Source: Chiloscyllium plagiosum (Eukaryota). From it: a stretch of 64,000 bases of DNA. How positions within the stretch are numbered: the first letter of the stretch is position 1; each line of letters opens with the position of its first letter. This document shows positions 12,633 through 25,359 of this stretch, one piece after another. A program made the translations under genes and the position numbers. Below the pieces are notes generated by a model. It worked only from the letters and a program-made list of their open reading frames with translations, was not told where the DNA came from and ran no database searches. The stretch spans positions 61,981,914 to 62,045,913 of the forward strand of contig NC_057714.1 in NCBI RefSeq assembly GCF_004010195.1, written 5' to 3'.

Positions 12633-13442
12633 CATTAGCTGCAGATTATTTCGAAGTGTGATTTGAATTAAATATAATAGCACCATTTCAAATGATTTTC
12701 AGATAGTTTACAATGATAATATTTTTGCATTATATGTTATAATCTTGAATTTTGGCCAATTTTTTACAAAAGAAATAACAGAGTGACAGTATATACTCCC
12801 CCAAAAGGCAAGACAAAGGCTGCCTGTCACATTCGTCACCTGAATTCTCACTGGGCCTATTTTAAGTAACATCATGAGGACAGATTCTGCTTTTGGATGT
12901 AGGTGAGACCGCTTCAGGTAAAGCCATTTGACCTTTTTGACTTCTCCAATTACTGCTAAGCACCTGGAAACTTCCAACTGCAAGCAGACGCTGGCTACAA
13001 AGTTAGCTTACAAAGCAGCGTTTCTACGCTGCCACATTCATACCAAATTGTGTCTGTGTACACAGATCTTCAATATGATTCTCACTGGATGTCATATGGG
13101 GTTATCTGACAGAACTATAATGGATTATTTGTTTTCCTTAGTGACAAATTTACCAGGTCTATATAAATGCTGATATAGCAGTAAAAAATGCAGCGGCTTT
13201 AAGAAAGTGAAAACTGATGTGCAAAAATTAAAATATCATGGCATTTTAACTGCAGGATTGTCTTTGAAGTCTCTGCCTAATCCATTCTAGGCCATTTAAT
13301 ATCTTCCAAGACAGGGTGCTTAGACATGGCGATCTGGACATAATCAGTAAACTAGCTAAAAACACTTCGGTCTCTGATTTTATAGAGCACGTGTAACATA
13401 TTAAAGCACAAATAATTATGTTTTTGATGTTTGAGTTAACAA

Positions 13443-13448
13443 AATAAA
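13443..13448 (+). promoter_or_regulatory. Candidate polyadenylation signal of BTD copy 1
   Basis: AATAAA about 810 bp after the stop codon, followed by a T-rich stretch. Confidence 0.45.
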
Positions 13449-14357
13449 GAGATTTGAATTACTTTTTCATGATCATTTCACCTGATGTTTAAGTGGACAA
13501 TTTAATTTTCAATTAAAGAAACTAAAAAAAGTGAAACAGTCTCAATAGCATCTGCTTAGCAAGGTGTCGGTATGTGGGAATAAAATTGAACATCAACACA
13601 AGCATCTATCAAATAACATTGTTGTTTAACTTGGGGGAATTTTGAAATGATAAAATGTTCAGCACAATTAAGTACCTTATTTTAGAAAAAGCAAAACATC
13701 ATCCAAAATACAGAACAAACAAGAACAGTTATTGTGCCAATATCAGAGTCCTTTTGAGATTGAGATAGAATCAGATGTGCTCACCTTGGGACAGAAGATC
13801 AAGGCAAGAAAATCACACACCAAATGAGAGGGAGAAAATTCTTAGGAAATATTTTGGGAATAAAGTGTGTTTGAATAATAGGTATCATATAGTAGAGTGA
13901 ACAAGTGTACACCCAATGATTTGCAGGGTTCAACTCCCATGGAAAGTTGAAAGGATTAGTTGAGGTTTGGGTATTTTACCGCAGTGAATGCAATGAGATG
14001 GTATCTTTAAAATTAAATCAGCCTGATGTGTGAGATAACAAAAGAACCCTACGAAAAATTCAGAACAACTTTGGCAGAATCTGAATTCAAACTGTTGTAT
14101 TAATTTATGATTTAATTTCCAAGAAGTCCAGAAAATTTTAGTGAAAGGCAAAGTAGATGAGGTGAGAAAATTGATAGCTATCCCTTGTATCCTTCCTGTG
14201 GACATTTTCAAGATAACTGTGCCTGATAATAGACTGGCCACAATATGATATAATGGGCCAATGCCAGGGTAGCTAAGGAGAGAGACAATTTTCTTGATCT
14301 GATAGGATTACTGATAGTAGGGAATTTGCATGTAATTGGGAATTATAAAAGTGCACA

Positions 14358-16695
14358 CAGAGTGGGACGATTGGGCGCCGGTGTTTTGGCATGACCGTTT
14401 GGGCGACAGCTGATTTGCCACCAACCTGTTTGGCGACAGACATTTTGGCGCTAGGAAAAAATGTTGATTGATTCATCATCATTCAAAGGTAGAATTTAAA
14501 AAGTTTTAAAACCATAACTTTATTGAAATACAAAAACATTAAATCTGTTAATCACTAAAAACTGTAACATAGTTTCATTTAGTTCATTTAGTAATTAGAA
14601 CTTTAAAAAGTTTTAAAGCTGTAACTTCATTGAAAAATAAAACATTAAATTTGTTAATCACTAAAAACATTAAATCTGTTAATCACGAAAAACTGTAACG
14701 TAGCTTTATTTAGTTCATTTAGTAATTATGAGCAAGGCTCCTTAAGTACTCGATAACATCCATATTTTCAAATCTAAGAGCAGTTTCATGTATTCTTCTA
14801 TCTGCATCTCTATACTTTTTTAGTTTCTGTGGTGGTTCATGCCCAGCTAGTAACCCTTCATAATATGCATCTCTAGCTTTCTGTACTGTATACAGGCCAT
14901 CTATTACTTTCCATATGGTGGGATGGTGCATGCTAAGTTCGTATTATAATCGACGGTGGGCTGCCTCCACATGATTTTTTGTGTGGTTTTCCACGATTAA
15001 TGTTCTCTGATGAAGGTTCCAAACCTCATGGAGAAATAGAGGAATTCGTCTTCCATTTCCTCATCTGTTCTGATGACCAACATATGTATCTTCAAAACCA
15101 GTTGAGTAAATCTTGAAGTTCTTGCGGCAGTTCAGTCGCTAGAGCATCCAGATATTCATCGATCTTGTTCAAAGGTACAAAAGCAAGGGCAATAATCATT
15201 CTAGCTTTTAACCCAAAATCAGGATCAGTGTCATACAAACTAGTGAACCCCAATCTAGCGAAATGTTTTTGCATATTTTGAGCTAAATGAAAAAAACATC
15301 ATTTTATTTGAACATCAGGGAATATGTCCCTCACAGCACTGAGCGCAGCTTGTTCAAAATAACAGACAATTGAAGTGGGTTTCAAATTGGGTTCAATTTC
15401 TTTCAATAACTCGAACATTCTCACGTATGTGGTGAGTTGCTTGTTGGACAAAAGAGCATACACTAGAGGGTGAACACCTTTGTGTTTTTTTGCCAGAATT
15501 ACATAAATCTGAGAAAAGAGGCTGGGAGCAATACTGAATGTGCCATTGGCAAACCACATATCAGATGTCACTAAGTGTTGGAGCCAGCTCTGTCTTCCGA
15601 AGATTAATATCTGGTTGGGACCTGGTCCGCTATCACACAGTAAAATATTTTCTTTCACACCTGGTTGAGGGACATATATTCTGTAGCATTCTGGCATAAA
15701 TAATTGTTGCAAATCAGTTGGATTGGTGGGGGCGTTCGTTACTGAAGTACGCTTTCTGTGAATTATTTTCCTCAAAGCAGACATATTAGGAATGATGTTT
15801 AGACTAGCTTGGGATATGCATTAGTGGTGCTGGAAGAGCACAGCAGTTCAGGCAGCATCTTGGGATATGTCTGTCAAACATTCATTAACAACTACAGTCG
15901 GTGACTCAAGAGTCTCCTCTGCTTTCTTGTCCAGCAGAAGCTTCATGCGAATGGCTGTTCAGCTCCCTCTCCACCTCTCCAGCTTTAGTATGGAGCCGTG
16001 CTTTGCACCGATGTCTTTGCTCACAACGCCAAAATTTCAAGTCGCTGTCAACTTTGCTTGTTTTGTCAGAGATGTAGAGGAGTCCATTATGCACAAACTT
16101 TTCTTTACCATGTTTTGTTAATACCTCCTCAGCCATCATATGCATAAAACAATAAAAAAAAGATGGCAAAAGAACGAAACACTTGTGAAAGCACACCCAC
16201 AGTTAACTCAACTGAGGCTAAGGACTAACTGTAGCCTGAGCAAACAGCTAAACGAAGAGAGAGCTAGTTTTCCTGTTTCCAAATGCGTACTAGCTTAATT
16301 TATACAAAGGAATACAAGGGAAGTGCAAACAGCAACATACATATTGATCTTTTCGAGGCTGCATGCTCAACTACTATATACAAAAACACTTAGTACAAAA
16401 AAATGCATGCAATTATATGTTCATATGTACAAGTAGTATATTTATGTTGAAATTAAATTATCTACACCATTTGATAAACATACTTGGTTATTCAACATAA
16501 CAGATGGTTATATAACAGATATATTGTAATTTTGTAACACTAAAGCTGTCCATGCAGACAGATTTACAAATAAAGAAATGTTTTTAGCGCCAAAATATCC
16601 GTCGCCAAATGGGCTGGCGCCAATTAGGTTTGGCGCCCAAATGGCCATGCCAAAACGCCGGCACCCAAACGGATGCGCCAAAACGTACCAAACCC
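14358..16695 (-). mobile_element. Mutator-superfamily (MULE, Phantom-like) DNA transposon, decayed
   Basis: Imperfect inverted termini of about 100 bp built from TTTGGCG(C/A)C repeats (14364-14460 vs 16580-16695); 9-bp TSD AAGTGCACA/AAGCGCACA (14349-14357, 16696-16704). Confidence 0.85.
14719..16140 (-). pseudogene. FLYWCH-MULE transposase pseudogene
   Basis: FLYWCH-like GKEKFVHNGLLY...WRC...CKARLHT; MULE core WFANGTF, PLVYALL, IVCYFE, CFFHL, NHVEAAHR, HPTIWK; split by stops and frameshifts. Confidence 0.85.
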
Positions 16696-16815
16696 AAGCG
16701 CACATGTGATTTATTCCCTGTGAAACAAATACCATGCAGAGACACTTCCTGATCTTTTATTGAAGAAGAGGCTGCAACCATTCCCTGTTACTGAACAACT
16801 GCTGAGGAGTGGAAG

Positions 16816-17621
16816 ATGGAGCTCAATTTAGATAAATGTGAGGTGCTGCATTTTGGAAAGGCAAATCAGGGCAGGACTTACACACTTAATTGTAAGGTCC
16901 TGGGGAGTGTTGCTGAACAAAGACACCTTGGAGTGCAGGTTCATAGCTCCTTGAAAGTGGAGTCACAGGTAGATAGGATAGTGAAGAAGGCATTTAGTAT
17001 GCTTTCCTTTATTGGTCACAGCATTGAGCACAGGAGTTGGGAGGTCATGTTGCAGCTGAAGAGGACGTTGGTTAGGCCACTGTTGGAATATTGCATGCAA
17101 GTTTGGCCTCCCTCCTATAGGAAGGATGTTGTGAAACTTGAAAGGGTTCAGAAAAGATTTGCTAGGATGTTTCCAGGGTTGGAATTTGAGCTATAGGGAG
17201 AGGCTGAAAAGGCTGTGACTGTTTTCCATGGAGCGTCGGAGGCTGAGGGGTGACCTTATAGAAGTTCATAAAATCATGTGGGGCAGGGATAGGATAAATA
17301 GAAAAGGTATTTTCCCTGCGGTGGGGGAGTCCAGAACGAGAGGGCATAGGTTTAGGTTGAGAGGGGAAAGATATAAAAGGGACCTAAGGGGCAACATTTT
17401 CATACAAAGGGTCGTGCGTGTATGAAATGAGCTGCCAGAGGAAGTGGTGGTGGCTGGTACAATTATAACATTTAAATGGGTATATGAATAGGAAGGGTTT
17501 AGAGGGATATGGGCCAAGTGCTGGCAAATGGGACTAGAGTAATTTAGGTCAGCTGGTTGGCATGGACAAGTTGGACCAATTGGTCAGTTCCTGTGCTGTC
17601 CATCTCTGTGATTCCATGACT
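16816..17621 (+). mobile_element. CR1/HER1 LINE 3' fragment
   Basis: KCEVLHFG, LVRPLLEYC, RRLRGDLIEV; CR1 3' UTR. Confidence 0.9.
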
Positions 17622-18394
17622 GTATAACTACATTATATGAATTGATTAATAGGGTCAATGGAATGAGAACTTTTTTTTTACTTTACTAAAGCATTGCCAC
17701 ATATTCCATGGAGAAACTGACTTTAAAACAATTTGTATATTAGTAAACACAACTGGTAATAACTAGGGAAAATGACATTAAATAATAAAGGATACAAAAT
17801 TTGCATGGGGACAATTGAGAGCTAGGCTGAATAACAATTAGCAAGACCGAGGAAAGACAGATCCTGAGAGAACCAGAGAATTTCTCAAGTCCATATTTAA
17901 CTGTCACTTGAAGCCTAACACTTTCATAGTAATATCTTAGAATCAGTACCTCTTTTCTGGGCAATTTTAGGGATGAAGTGTATTGACAGGTTGCTTGTTA
18001 CGATTAGTGCCTAACTTGGAAATACGTCTGTTGTAGGAGGTGAGTTAAACAATGATGTTAGCCTGTGTCTCAGTTTGGTGTGACATCTTACTCATGACAA
18101 CACACTTGGTGGAGTTACTGAGACTTGACAGTTCGTACACTTTGATCCAGAACAATCATGAAATTCAAAACTAAATTCCTGCAGTAGGGTGTGATTCCTC
18201 CCGGTAAGAGATTGGAATACCATCATATATCTATGATTGGAATTAGTTGGCAGTGATGGCCTGATCACTTTTACTCATTAGTCCAATGCTACAAAAGTGA
18301 AAATAGCAGTAGAAAACATGTTTTAAAATTTGACAGAGTGCTAGACAAGAATTAATTACAAAAGTGTCCTAGTGAAGTAAAAAAAAATCATAGT

Positions 18395-18490
18395 CAAGAT
18401 TAGAGTGGTGCTGGAAAAGCACAGCAGGTCAGGCAGCATCCGAAGAGCAGGAAAATCGACGTTTCAGGCAAAAGCCCTTCATCAGGAATC
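18395..18490 (-). mobile_element. Penelope-like pLTR fragment with hammerhead core (18458-18485)
   Basis: Minus strand CUGAUGA-A-GGGC-UUUU-GCCU-GAAAC-GUC. Confidence 0.65.
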
Positions 18491-19409
18491 ATATGGCAGT
18501 CTATAGAGGCAACTCAAGCCAGTGAGATCCTTGTACCACCATTTCTCAAGAAGGTCCACTACAATCTTCTACCATTCAGGGTTTTGATCCGTCCGCTGTG
18601 GCCCTCCCCAGGAGCACGGGCCCCATTTAAAGACCCCTCTTGCCTGTTGAGAGAAGCAGCGTGTTAGAGGCCTGCAGCGATTTTGTTCTCAGCAGTGCCA
18701 CTGTGGAGATGACGACTATCACTTGCATCACATACTCCAGCAGTCTCCACTCGAGTTGGGGTTCAAGCACAGTTAAGTGATGGGGAAATAGGGCCACGGG
18801 CTGGAGGATACGTGGAAAGGAGGATGGAAGTGACATTCAGTAATGTCACTTGGCCCCTTGGCCCTTCCTGATGCCAACTCCCTCCCTGAGTGCCTTGGAA
18901 CAAGCAAACATTGGGAACCTGCAAGCAAGGATGCCCCTGCTGACCAGCAACAGCTGGCTGAGTCCCTAAGTTGGTGATGGAGTAGTCACTAAGCCTTCCT
19001 ATCAGAAATGCAACAGAGGGAGGGTGTAGGTAGGAGGGTGCAGAATCCTACCCTGCCACTTTCCTGTATGATTAAATACCTCCCTGACATTAAGCTCTCC
19101 CCAGACAGATCCAAAACTTCTGCCCAGAGACACTTGAGGATAGACTGCAATTAGGCTGAAAATAAGGCTTTTGATCTAATTTTAATGCCTGATATGAAGC
19201 CAGCATGGATTGGAAACCAAGAACAAACAAAAGGGACAAATACGTGCTCTCAGCCTATTTATAATAAATCTACTGAACTTGTTTAACTCTGAAACAAAGT
19301 ATTACCAAAGCAAAGGAACAGAGATAGTTCAGGTGAAGAGATTAATTCACGTTTAAATTAATTAAAAAACAGACTTTGAACAGTATACATGTCACATAAG
19401 ATGAAGTAA

Positions 19410-19710
19410 CGCACTGGAGGAGGAGCCACTATAAATATCTCAAAAGCGTGCTGGACGAGCCCAGCAAATCCGTGCAAAAGATAAGGCTGAAGCATTGGCA
19501 ACAATCTTCAGCCAAATGGGCCCGAGTGGATAATCTACCTTGGCCTCTTCTAAAGGTCCCAGCATCACAGACAGCAGTCCTCAGCCAATTCGATTCACTC
19601 CATCTGATATCAAGAAACAGTAGTGTGTCTGCAAATGCTCTGGGCCCTGACAACATTCCAGCAATAATACTGAGGACTTGTGCTCCCCTAACCAAGCTGT
19701 TCCAGTACAG
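19410..19710 (+). mobile_element. LINE ORF2 fragment (CR1/L2 group)
   Basis: ALGPDNIPAIILRTCAP...KLFQYS, the region preceding the RT domain. Confidence 0.65.
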
Positions 19711-20241
19711 TGGGAAACAGGGAGCAGGGATAAATTTGAGGACAAAGTAATTATTTGCCTTAGCAATTACTTTCTCTTACGCTACCTTCTTCTCAAAATC
19801 ATTATTTCCTTTTATATTTGAAGGTGTAGGTAATGTCGACGTTTGATGACAACAATGACTTAGACTTCTGCAAAATGTTTTAGTATGCTTAAAAATGTTG
19901 TATAAATGTGAGTATGAAAACATGAAGATAATAAAGGTGATCAGACACTTTAGATGTTAGTTTAGATGAGGATTTTGAAAGAGGATAAGGGGATGTTTTA
20001 AGGTGAAAATTCAAAAGAATAGGACCTAGATAGTTAAAATGAAAACCATCAAAAAGCACAAAAAAGGGAGGGTTGTCTGAGTTGGGTACAGAGAGGGGAG
20101 GCATTACTTAAGAGAAAGTGATCAAAGGATTGGGGATTTGCACTTTTAGGCTAACAGATGTTACAGGTCTCAGGGAAAAATTAACTGCGGGAGAGCCAAG
20201 CTCAATAGGGTGAGAATGGAGCTGTGCCAAATAGATTGCCA

Positions 20242-20549
20242 GGCGGCATGGTGGCTCAATGGTAAGCATGGCTGCCTCACAGCGCCAGGAACCCTAGTTG
20301 ATTCCCCCCTCAGGCGACTGTGTGGAGTTTGCACATTCTCCCTGTGTCTGCGTGGATTTCCTCCGGCTGCTCCAGTTTCCTCTCACAATCCAAAGATGTG
20401 CAGGTGAGGTGAATTAGCCAAGCAAATTTGCCCACAGTGTTAGGTGCATTAGTCAGGGTCTGGGTGGATTACTCTTCGGAGGGTCGGTGTGGACTTGTTG
20501 GGCTAAATGGCCTAGTTTCCACACTGTAGGTCATCTAATCTAATCTAAT
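20242..20549 (+). mobile_element. HE1-type SINE, near full length
   Basis: GGCGGCATGGTGGCTCAATGG head and (TCTAA)n tail. Confidence 0.85.
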
Positions 20550-21070
20550 TGAAGTAGCAGGGACCAGCTCTAATGACTGGAGGGCTATGGGGATGCTTGT
20601 TGGTGCCTCAAATTTCCTTTTTATGCTTTTGTGTTTATATTGTTGACTTGGATAAATTTACCAAATGCATAAGTTGCTAAATTTGTTTCTAAAATGAAAA
20701 CCATCAAAAAGCACAAAAAAGGGAGGTCAGAAACATAGAAAATAACAGCAAGAACACATTGTTCTCCCCCAACTCCTCAAACCTGCTCTGCCATTAAACT
20801 AGATCATGGATGATCCTCTTCTTAATGTCGTTTTCCTGTATTCAGACTCTGAGAGAGAAATCATGTGCTCTGGTCCCTTATCGCCTACAAAACTCCAACT
20901 ATTGTATTTAACCATCTCCTTCAGGATTGTCATTCAAGACCCAGTTTATTTTGTTATTATACTGGCAAAGTTTAGTAAAACAAAATGGTTTGGAGTTAAG
21001 GACAGGAACTGAACAGACACTGATAGTAAAGTCTCACTTGAAGGAAACAAAATGTCTCTGATTTATGTAG

Positions 21071-21177
21071 GAGAAAGTGAGGACTTTCTTGAAGAAGGGC
21101 TCATGCCTGAAACGTCGATTCTCCTGCTCCTTGGATGCTGCCTGACCTGCTGCGCATTTCCAGCAACACATTTTCAG
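21071..21177 (+). mobile_element. Penelope-like pLTR fragment
   Basis: GAAGAAGGGCTCATGCCTGAAACGTC; 15-bp flanking repeat CTCTGATTTATGTAG (21056-21070, 21178-21192). Confidence 0.7.
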
Positions 21178-21510
21178 CTCTGATTTATGTAGACCTACCA
21201 TTTTGTGTGATTGATCACTGGATCCTGAATGGCTCTGATTAATAAATCTTATTGGAAGACTATGCAGTGAGTACTGATGACTTGGATTAAAGGCCGTTTC
21301 CAAACTCTAAAGTATGATATTGTTTATGAAAGTGACAGCAAATTAATGTGGTCACTTAATACTTTGAGAGTCATATTATATATTTATTTTAAGTTTTGCA
21401 ATATTGGTGTGTTTCTTCCAAAATTTGCCAAGCTTTTAAAATTGAAGCTTCGCTTCCTCCCATTTCACTTTCCAGTTTTAGCACTGACTCCCATAACCTG
21501 CCAACAACCT

Positions 21511-22145
21511 TAGAACATAGAACATTACAGCGCACTACGGGCCCTCTGGCCCTCGATGTTGCACCACCGTGTGAAACCAATCTGAAGCCCACTAACCTAC
21601 ACTATTCCATTCTCATCATATGTCGATCCAATGACCATTTAAATGCCCGGAGAGTTGACGAGTCTATAACTGTTGCAGGCAGACCATGCCACACCCCTAC
21701 TACTCTCTGAATAAAGAAACTACCTCTGACATCTGACCTATATATGTCACCTGTCAATTTAAGCTATGCCTCCTCGTGCTAGCCATCACCATCGGAGGAA
21801 AAAAGTTCTCACTGTTCACCTGATCTAGCCCTCTGATTATCTTATATGTCTGAATTAAGTCACCTCTCAACCTTCTTCTCGATAAAGTCCCTCAACCTTT
21901 CCTCGTAAGACCTTCCCTCCTTACCAGGCAACATCTTAGTAAATCTCCTATAAACCCTTTCCAAAGCTTCAACATCCTTCCTATAATGTGGTGACCAGAA
22001 CTGCATGCAATACTCCCAAGTGTGGCCGCACCAGAGTTGTGAACAGCTGCAGCATGACCTCATGGTTCCGAAGCACCATCCCCCTACTAACAAAGGCTAA
22101 CATACCAGATGCCTTCTTAACAACCTTATCAACCTGGGTGGCAAC
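21511..22145 (-). mobile_element. CR1 LINE 3' fragment
   Basis: EYCMQFWSPHYRKDVEALERV; (AGAACAT)n tail. Confidence 0.85.
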
Positions 22146-22520
22146 CTTGAGCTGAACTCAGAAGCATTGCATTTAGAATATTGAAGCTAAGACTTTTGGC
22201 AAAAAAATTGACGAAATGCTGCTTGTCATTTATAACTATCATATAGAACATCAACAAATGCATTTTATATTTTGCCACAGTTCTCATGATTTGATGTTAA
22301 ACCCAAGTAAATAATACGTATTACTCTTTCACTCATTAACTGAATAACCATTAGGAAACTATTAAAATACTGCAGCAATGCGCGATATATAGACTGCGTT
22401 TACTAGTCAGCACCAGTAGCTGTTCCACACGGTATTCCCACAGTCCAAATGGTATCCTCGTTTAAAGACTACAGTCCAATTGTGCACAGTGACTAATGAG
22501 TGTTTGCTGATCATTTCCGA

Positions 22521-22561
22521 CCCCGCCTCTTTCGCAGAATACTGTACATATTTGACGTGAC
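22521..22561 (+). promoter_or_regulatory. Proximal promoter of BTD copy 2: GC box and CRE/CLEAR-like site
   Basis: CCCCGCCTC at 22521-22529 and TGACGTGAC at 22553-22561 in a locally CpG-rich stretch, 80-120 bp upstream of the ATG. Confidence 0.4.
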
Positions 22562-22641
22562 TGTTGAGCAACGTTTTAAGGTGCAAAAATCGAAGTCTCG
22601 TACTTCCGTGTAACGTTGCAGTAAAACCTCCACGTTCAGGT

Positions 22642-22854
22642 ATGGAGGTATTTGCCTTGAGGAGCTTGCTATTGGGGTGGCAGTGTTTGGTATTGCCGGT
22701 GTGGGGGCTGGCTGGTTACACCGCAGCGGTCTATGAGCATGCAGCAGTGTTGAATCCACCCCGCAAAATCCCTTCCACACGCCAGGGGGCGCTGAGACAC
22801 ATGAAGAAAAACCTGGATATCTATCGGGAACAAGTCTTTGCAGCAAGTAAACAG
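22642..22854 (+). CDS. BTD: Biotinidase copy 2, first coding exon
   Basis: MEVFALRSLLLGWQCLVLPVWG signal peptide; YTAAVYEH...NLDIYREQV; CAG|GTAAAT donor; 213 bp, same length as copy 1. Confidence 0.9.
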
Positions 22855-23500
22855 GTAAATGGAGTTTGATCCCTTCGCCCCAACACTAAAGCATTTTCTG
22901 GCCTTTGAAGTCGTGGCTTCATCATATTCCGATAATAATAGGGGTCAGTGAAACAAATGCAGACGGTTATAGCAAAATATTCTGAGAAGAATAACAACAT
23001 TTGAGCCAAACTTTCACATTGTAAAATATTTAATGTAACTTTGCGTCCATATTAGGGTTGCCTCTGGGACAGCGTCCAAGGAAAAATGAAGTTTATTGCT
23101 CAATGCAAAATATCAGCAAGATGCCAGGAGAACAACTTTGGTCTCCTCTGGTGTCTTTACTGGGGCCTGAATTACTGTCTCACTCTGTATTCAGCAGTGC
23201 ACGAAATTTATTTGTATGATCACAGAATACTGTAATACAGCGACAAAAATGCATTTAATTCATTACACCCTTTGAAGGATTGATTCTAATTCGCCTAACT
23301 CCCTTGCTCTTCCTCCAATATGTTTATTGCAATTTTCACCTTGGATTAATTATCTGCTAACTATATTGAAGGTGGTTATTTGATTGCTCCCTTTCAGATA
23401 GTGCTTTGATCTGAAACGCAATGTAACTTGTTTTGTGGTGAATGCCTTGTCTTTTGCTAAATGTGTGTCATCTAGCTACAGACCTCCTACTGGAAATAGG

Positions 23501-23685
23501 AACAAAAACTGAAATTGCTGGAAAGCTCAGCAGGTCTGTCAGCATCTGTGGAGAGAAATCAAAGGGTCACTGGCATTAACTCTGCTTTCTCTCCACGAAT
23601 GTTGCCAAACCTGCTGACATTTTCCAGCAAATTCTCTTTTTGTTTCTGATTTCCAGCATCCACAATTCTTCAGTCTTTTTTTTTG
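23501..23685. mobile_element. Palindromic Penelope-derived fragment
   Basis: TTGCTGGAAAGCTCAGCAGGTCTG...CCTGCTGACATTTTCCAGCAA inverted arms. Confidence 0.6.
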
Positions 23686-24679
23686 ACCTGCGGAATTGTT
23701 TTTAACTTTTCACTGTATAAAACTTTGTCAAGATTTTGAACACCTTACTCTGAACTTCACTGCCCCGAGGAGATAACTCCAGCCTCATTAGTCTCTCCAT
23801 ACAACTACAGTCATCAGGCCAGGACCTGCCCCTCACTTGCTGGGCACTGCTGCTACTGGATGCTTCATTCTTCATCCTTCATCTCGGCCACTCTCCTGGT
23901 TTTAATGAAAGAAGAAGAGAAAGTGCAATAGTAAAAAGAAGGAAAGAACAAAGAAGACACCATCTGCAGTCCTCACTTTCACTGAGTTGATTTTAATCTC
24001 AAAGAGGAAAGAAAGCAGACAGCAATGTACAAGCCCCAGGCTCAGCCCTGTTACTCTGCTGCCATCTATGTTCCTGCTCTCCTCAGACCCCATTAATCCC
24101 TTAGCTGCTATAAACCTATTATTTTTCTTAAATATATTCAATGACTGGATGTCCATAGACTTCTGTGATAGAGAATTCCACAGGGTGACCATGCTCTGAG
24201 TGAAGAAATGTCTGAGCAAATTACTGAAGATTCTAGAATCTGACCTGTTGGTCATGTTAAATTGCCCATAGTGTTAGGTGCATTAGTCAGAGGGAAATGG
24301 GTCTGGGTGGGTTACTCTTCAGAGGGTCAGTGTGGACCTGTTGGGCTAAATGACCTGTTTCCACACTGTAGAGGAATCTAATCTGAAAACAAAAAAATGC
24401 TGGAGAACAGTGGAGAGTCCAGGTGAGTGTTTAACAAAGCTGACGTGAAGTGTGGAGGGGACGACATTTTGCAATGCTGGGGGAAGGGGTGGAGTTCCGG
24501 GGGAGAAATGGTGTTGACAGTGCAGATTAAATGTTTGGAATGCGAGAATGGCAGAACAATACTGTCAACTTGGAAAGAAAATACACTGGAGTTGGTGGAG
24601 GTGAGAGAGGACATTGATGACAGAGAATGAAACAAGTTAAGCTAAAATAAAGGGAGAGTTGTGAACCCATCCCATTTCT

Positions 24680-25280
24680 TCCCTTTCTTTTAGCTGTACT
24701 TATCTATCCCCCAAGTGTAGACTCACCAAGAACTGCAGTAAGCCATCCATACTCCTGTACTCCAACCCTCTCGCAATGAAGGCCAATGTACTATTTCTTC
24801 CTAACTGCTTGCTGCATCTTAATGCGTGCTTTCAATGATCAGTGTACAAAGACACCCAGCTCCTTTGTATAATGACATTCCAACGTCAGCCAATCTGCCT
24901 TTCCTCCTGAAGTGGATAACATTTCACATTTTTAATTGTTGCGCTGAATCTGCCGCGCATTTGTCCACTCTCTCTGAAGTCTCTCGAGGTCTTCCTCAAC
25001 ACTTACACTCCCACCGAGGTTTGAGTCATCGATAACTTGGAAACATTGCACTTGATTGCCTCGTCTAAACCATTGATAAATATTGTGAATAACTAGGACC
25101 CAATGCCTGCAGTAACCCAGTTGTCATTTCCTTCCGCTTTGAAAATGACCCATTTATTCCTACTGTCTGTTTCCTATCTGCTATCCAGTTCTCAATCCAT
25201 TTCAGTATACTATCACCAATCCCATGTGCATTGATTTTGCACTGTTGCCTGTTGGGCAGGAAGTTATCAAGCTTTCTGCA
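24680..25280 (-). mobile_element. Degenerate CR1 LINE fragment
   Basis: Similar to the minus-strand CR1 RT pieces at 29900-30600. Confidence 0.55.
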
Positions 25281-25359
25281 AATGAATATGATAATAGTTT
25301 ATTTGGCATGGACAGAGGTCTTGCAATCTCTGGATAACCTCAGCACCATCCTACCAATT

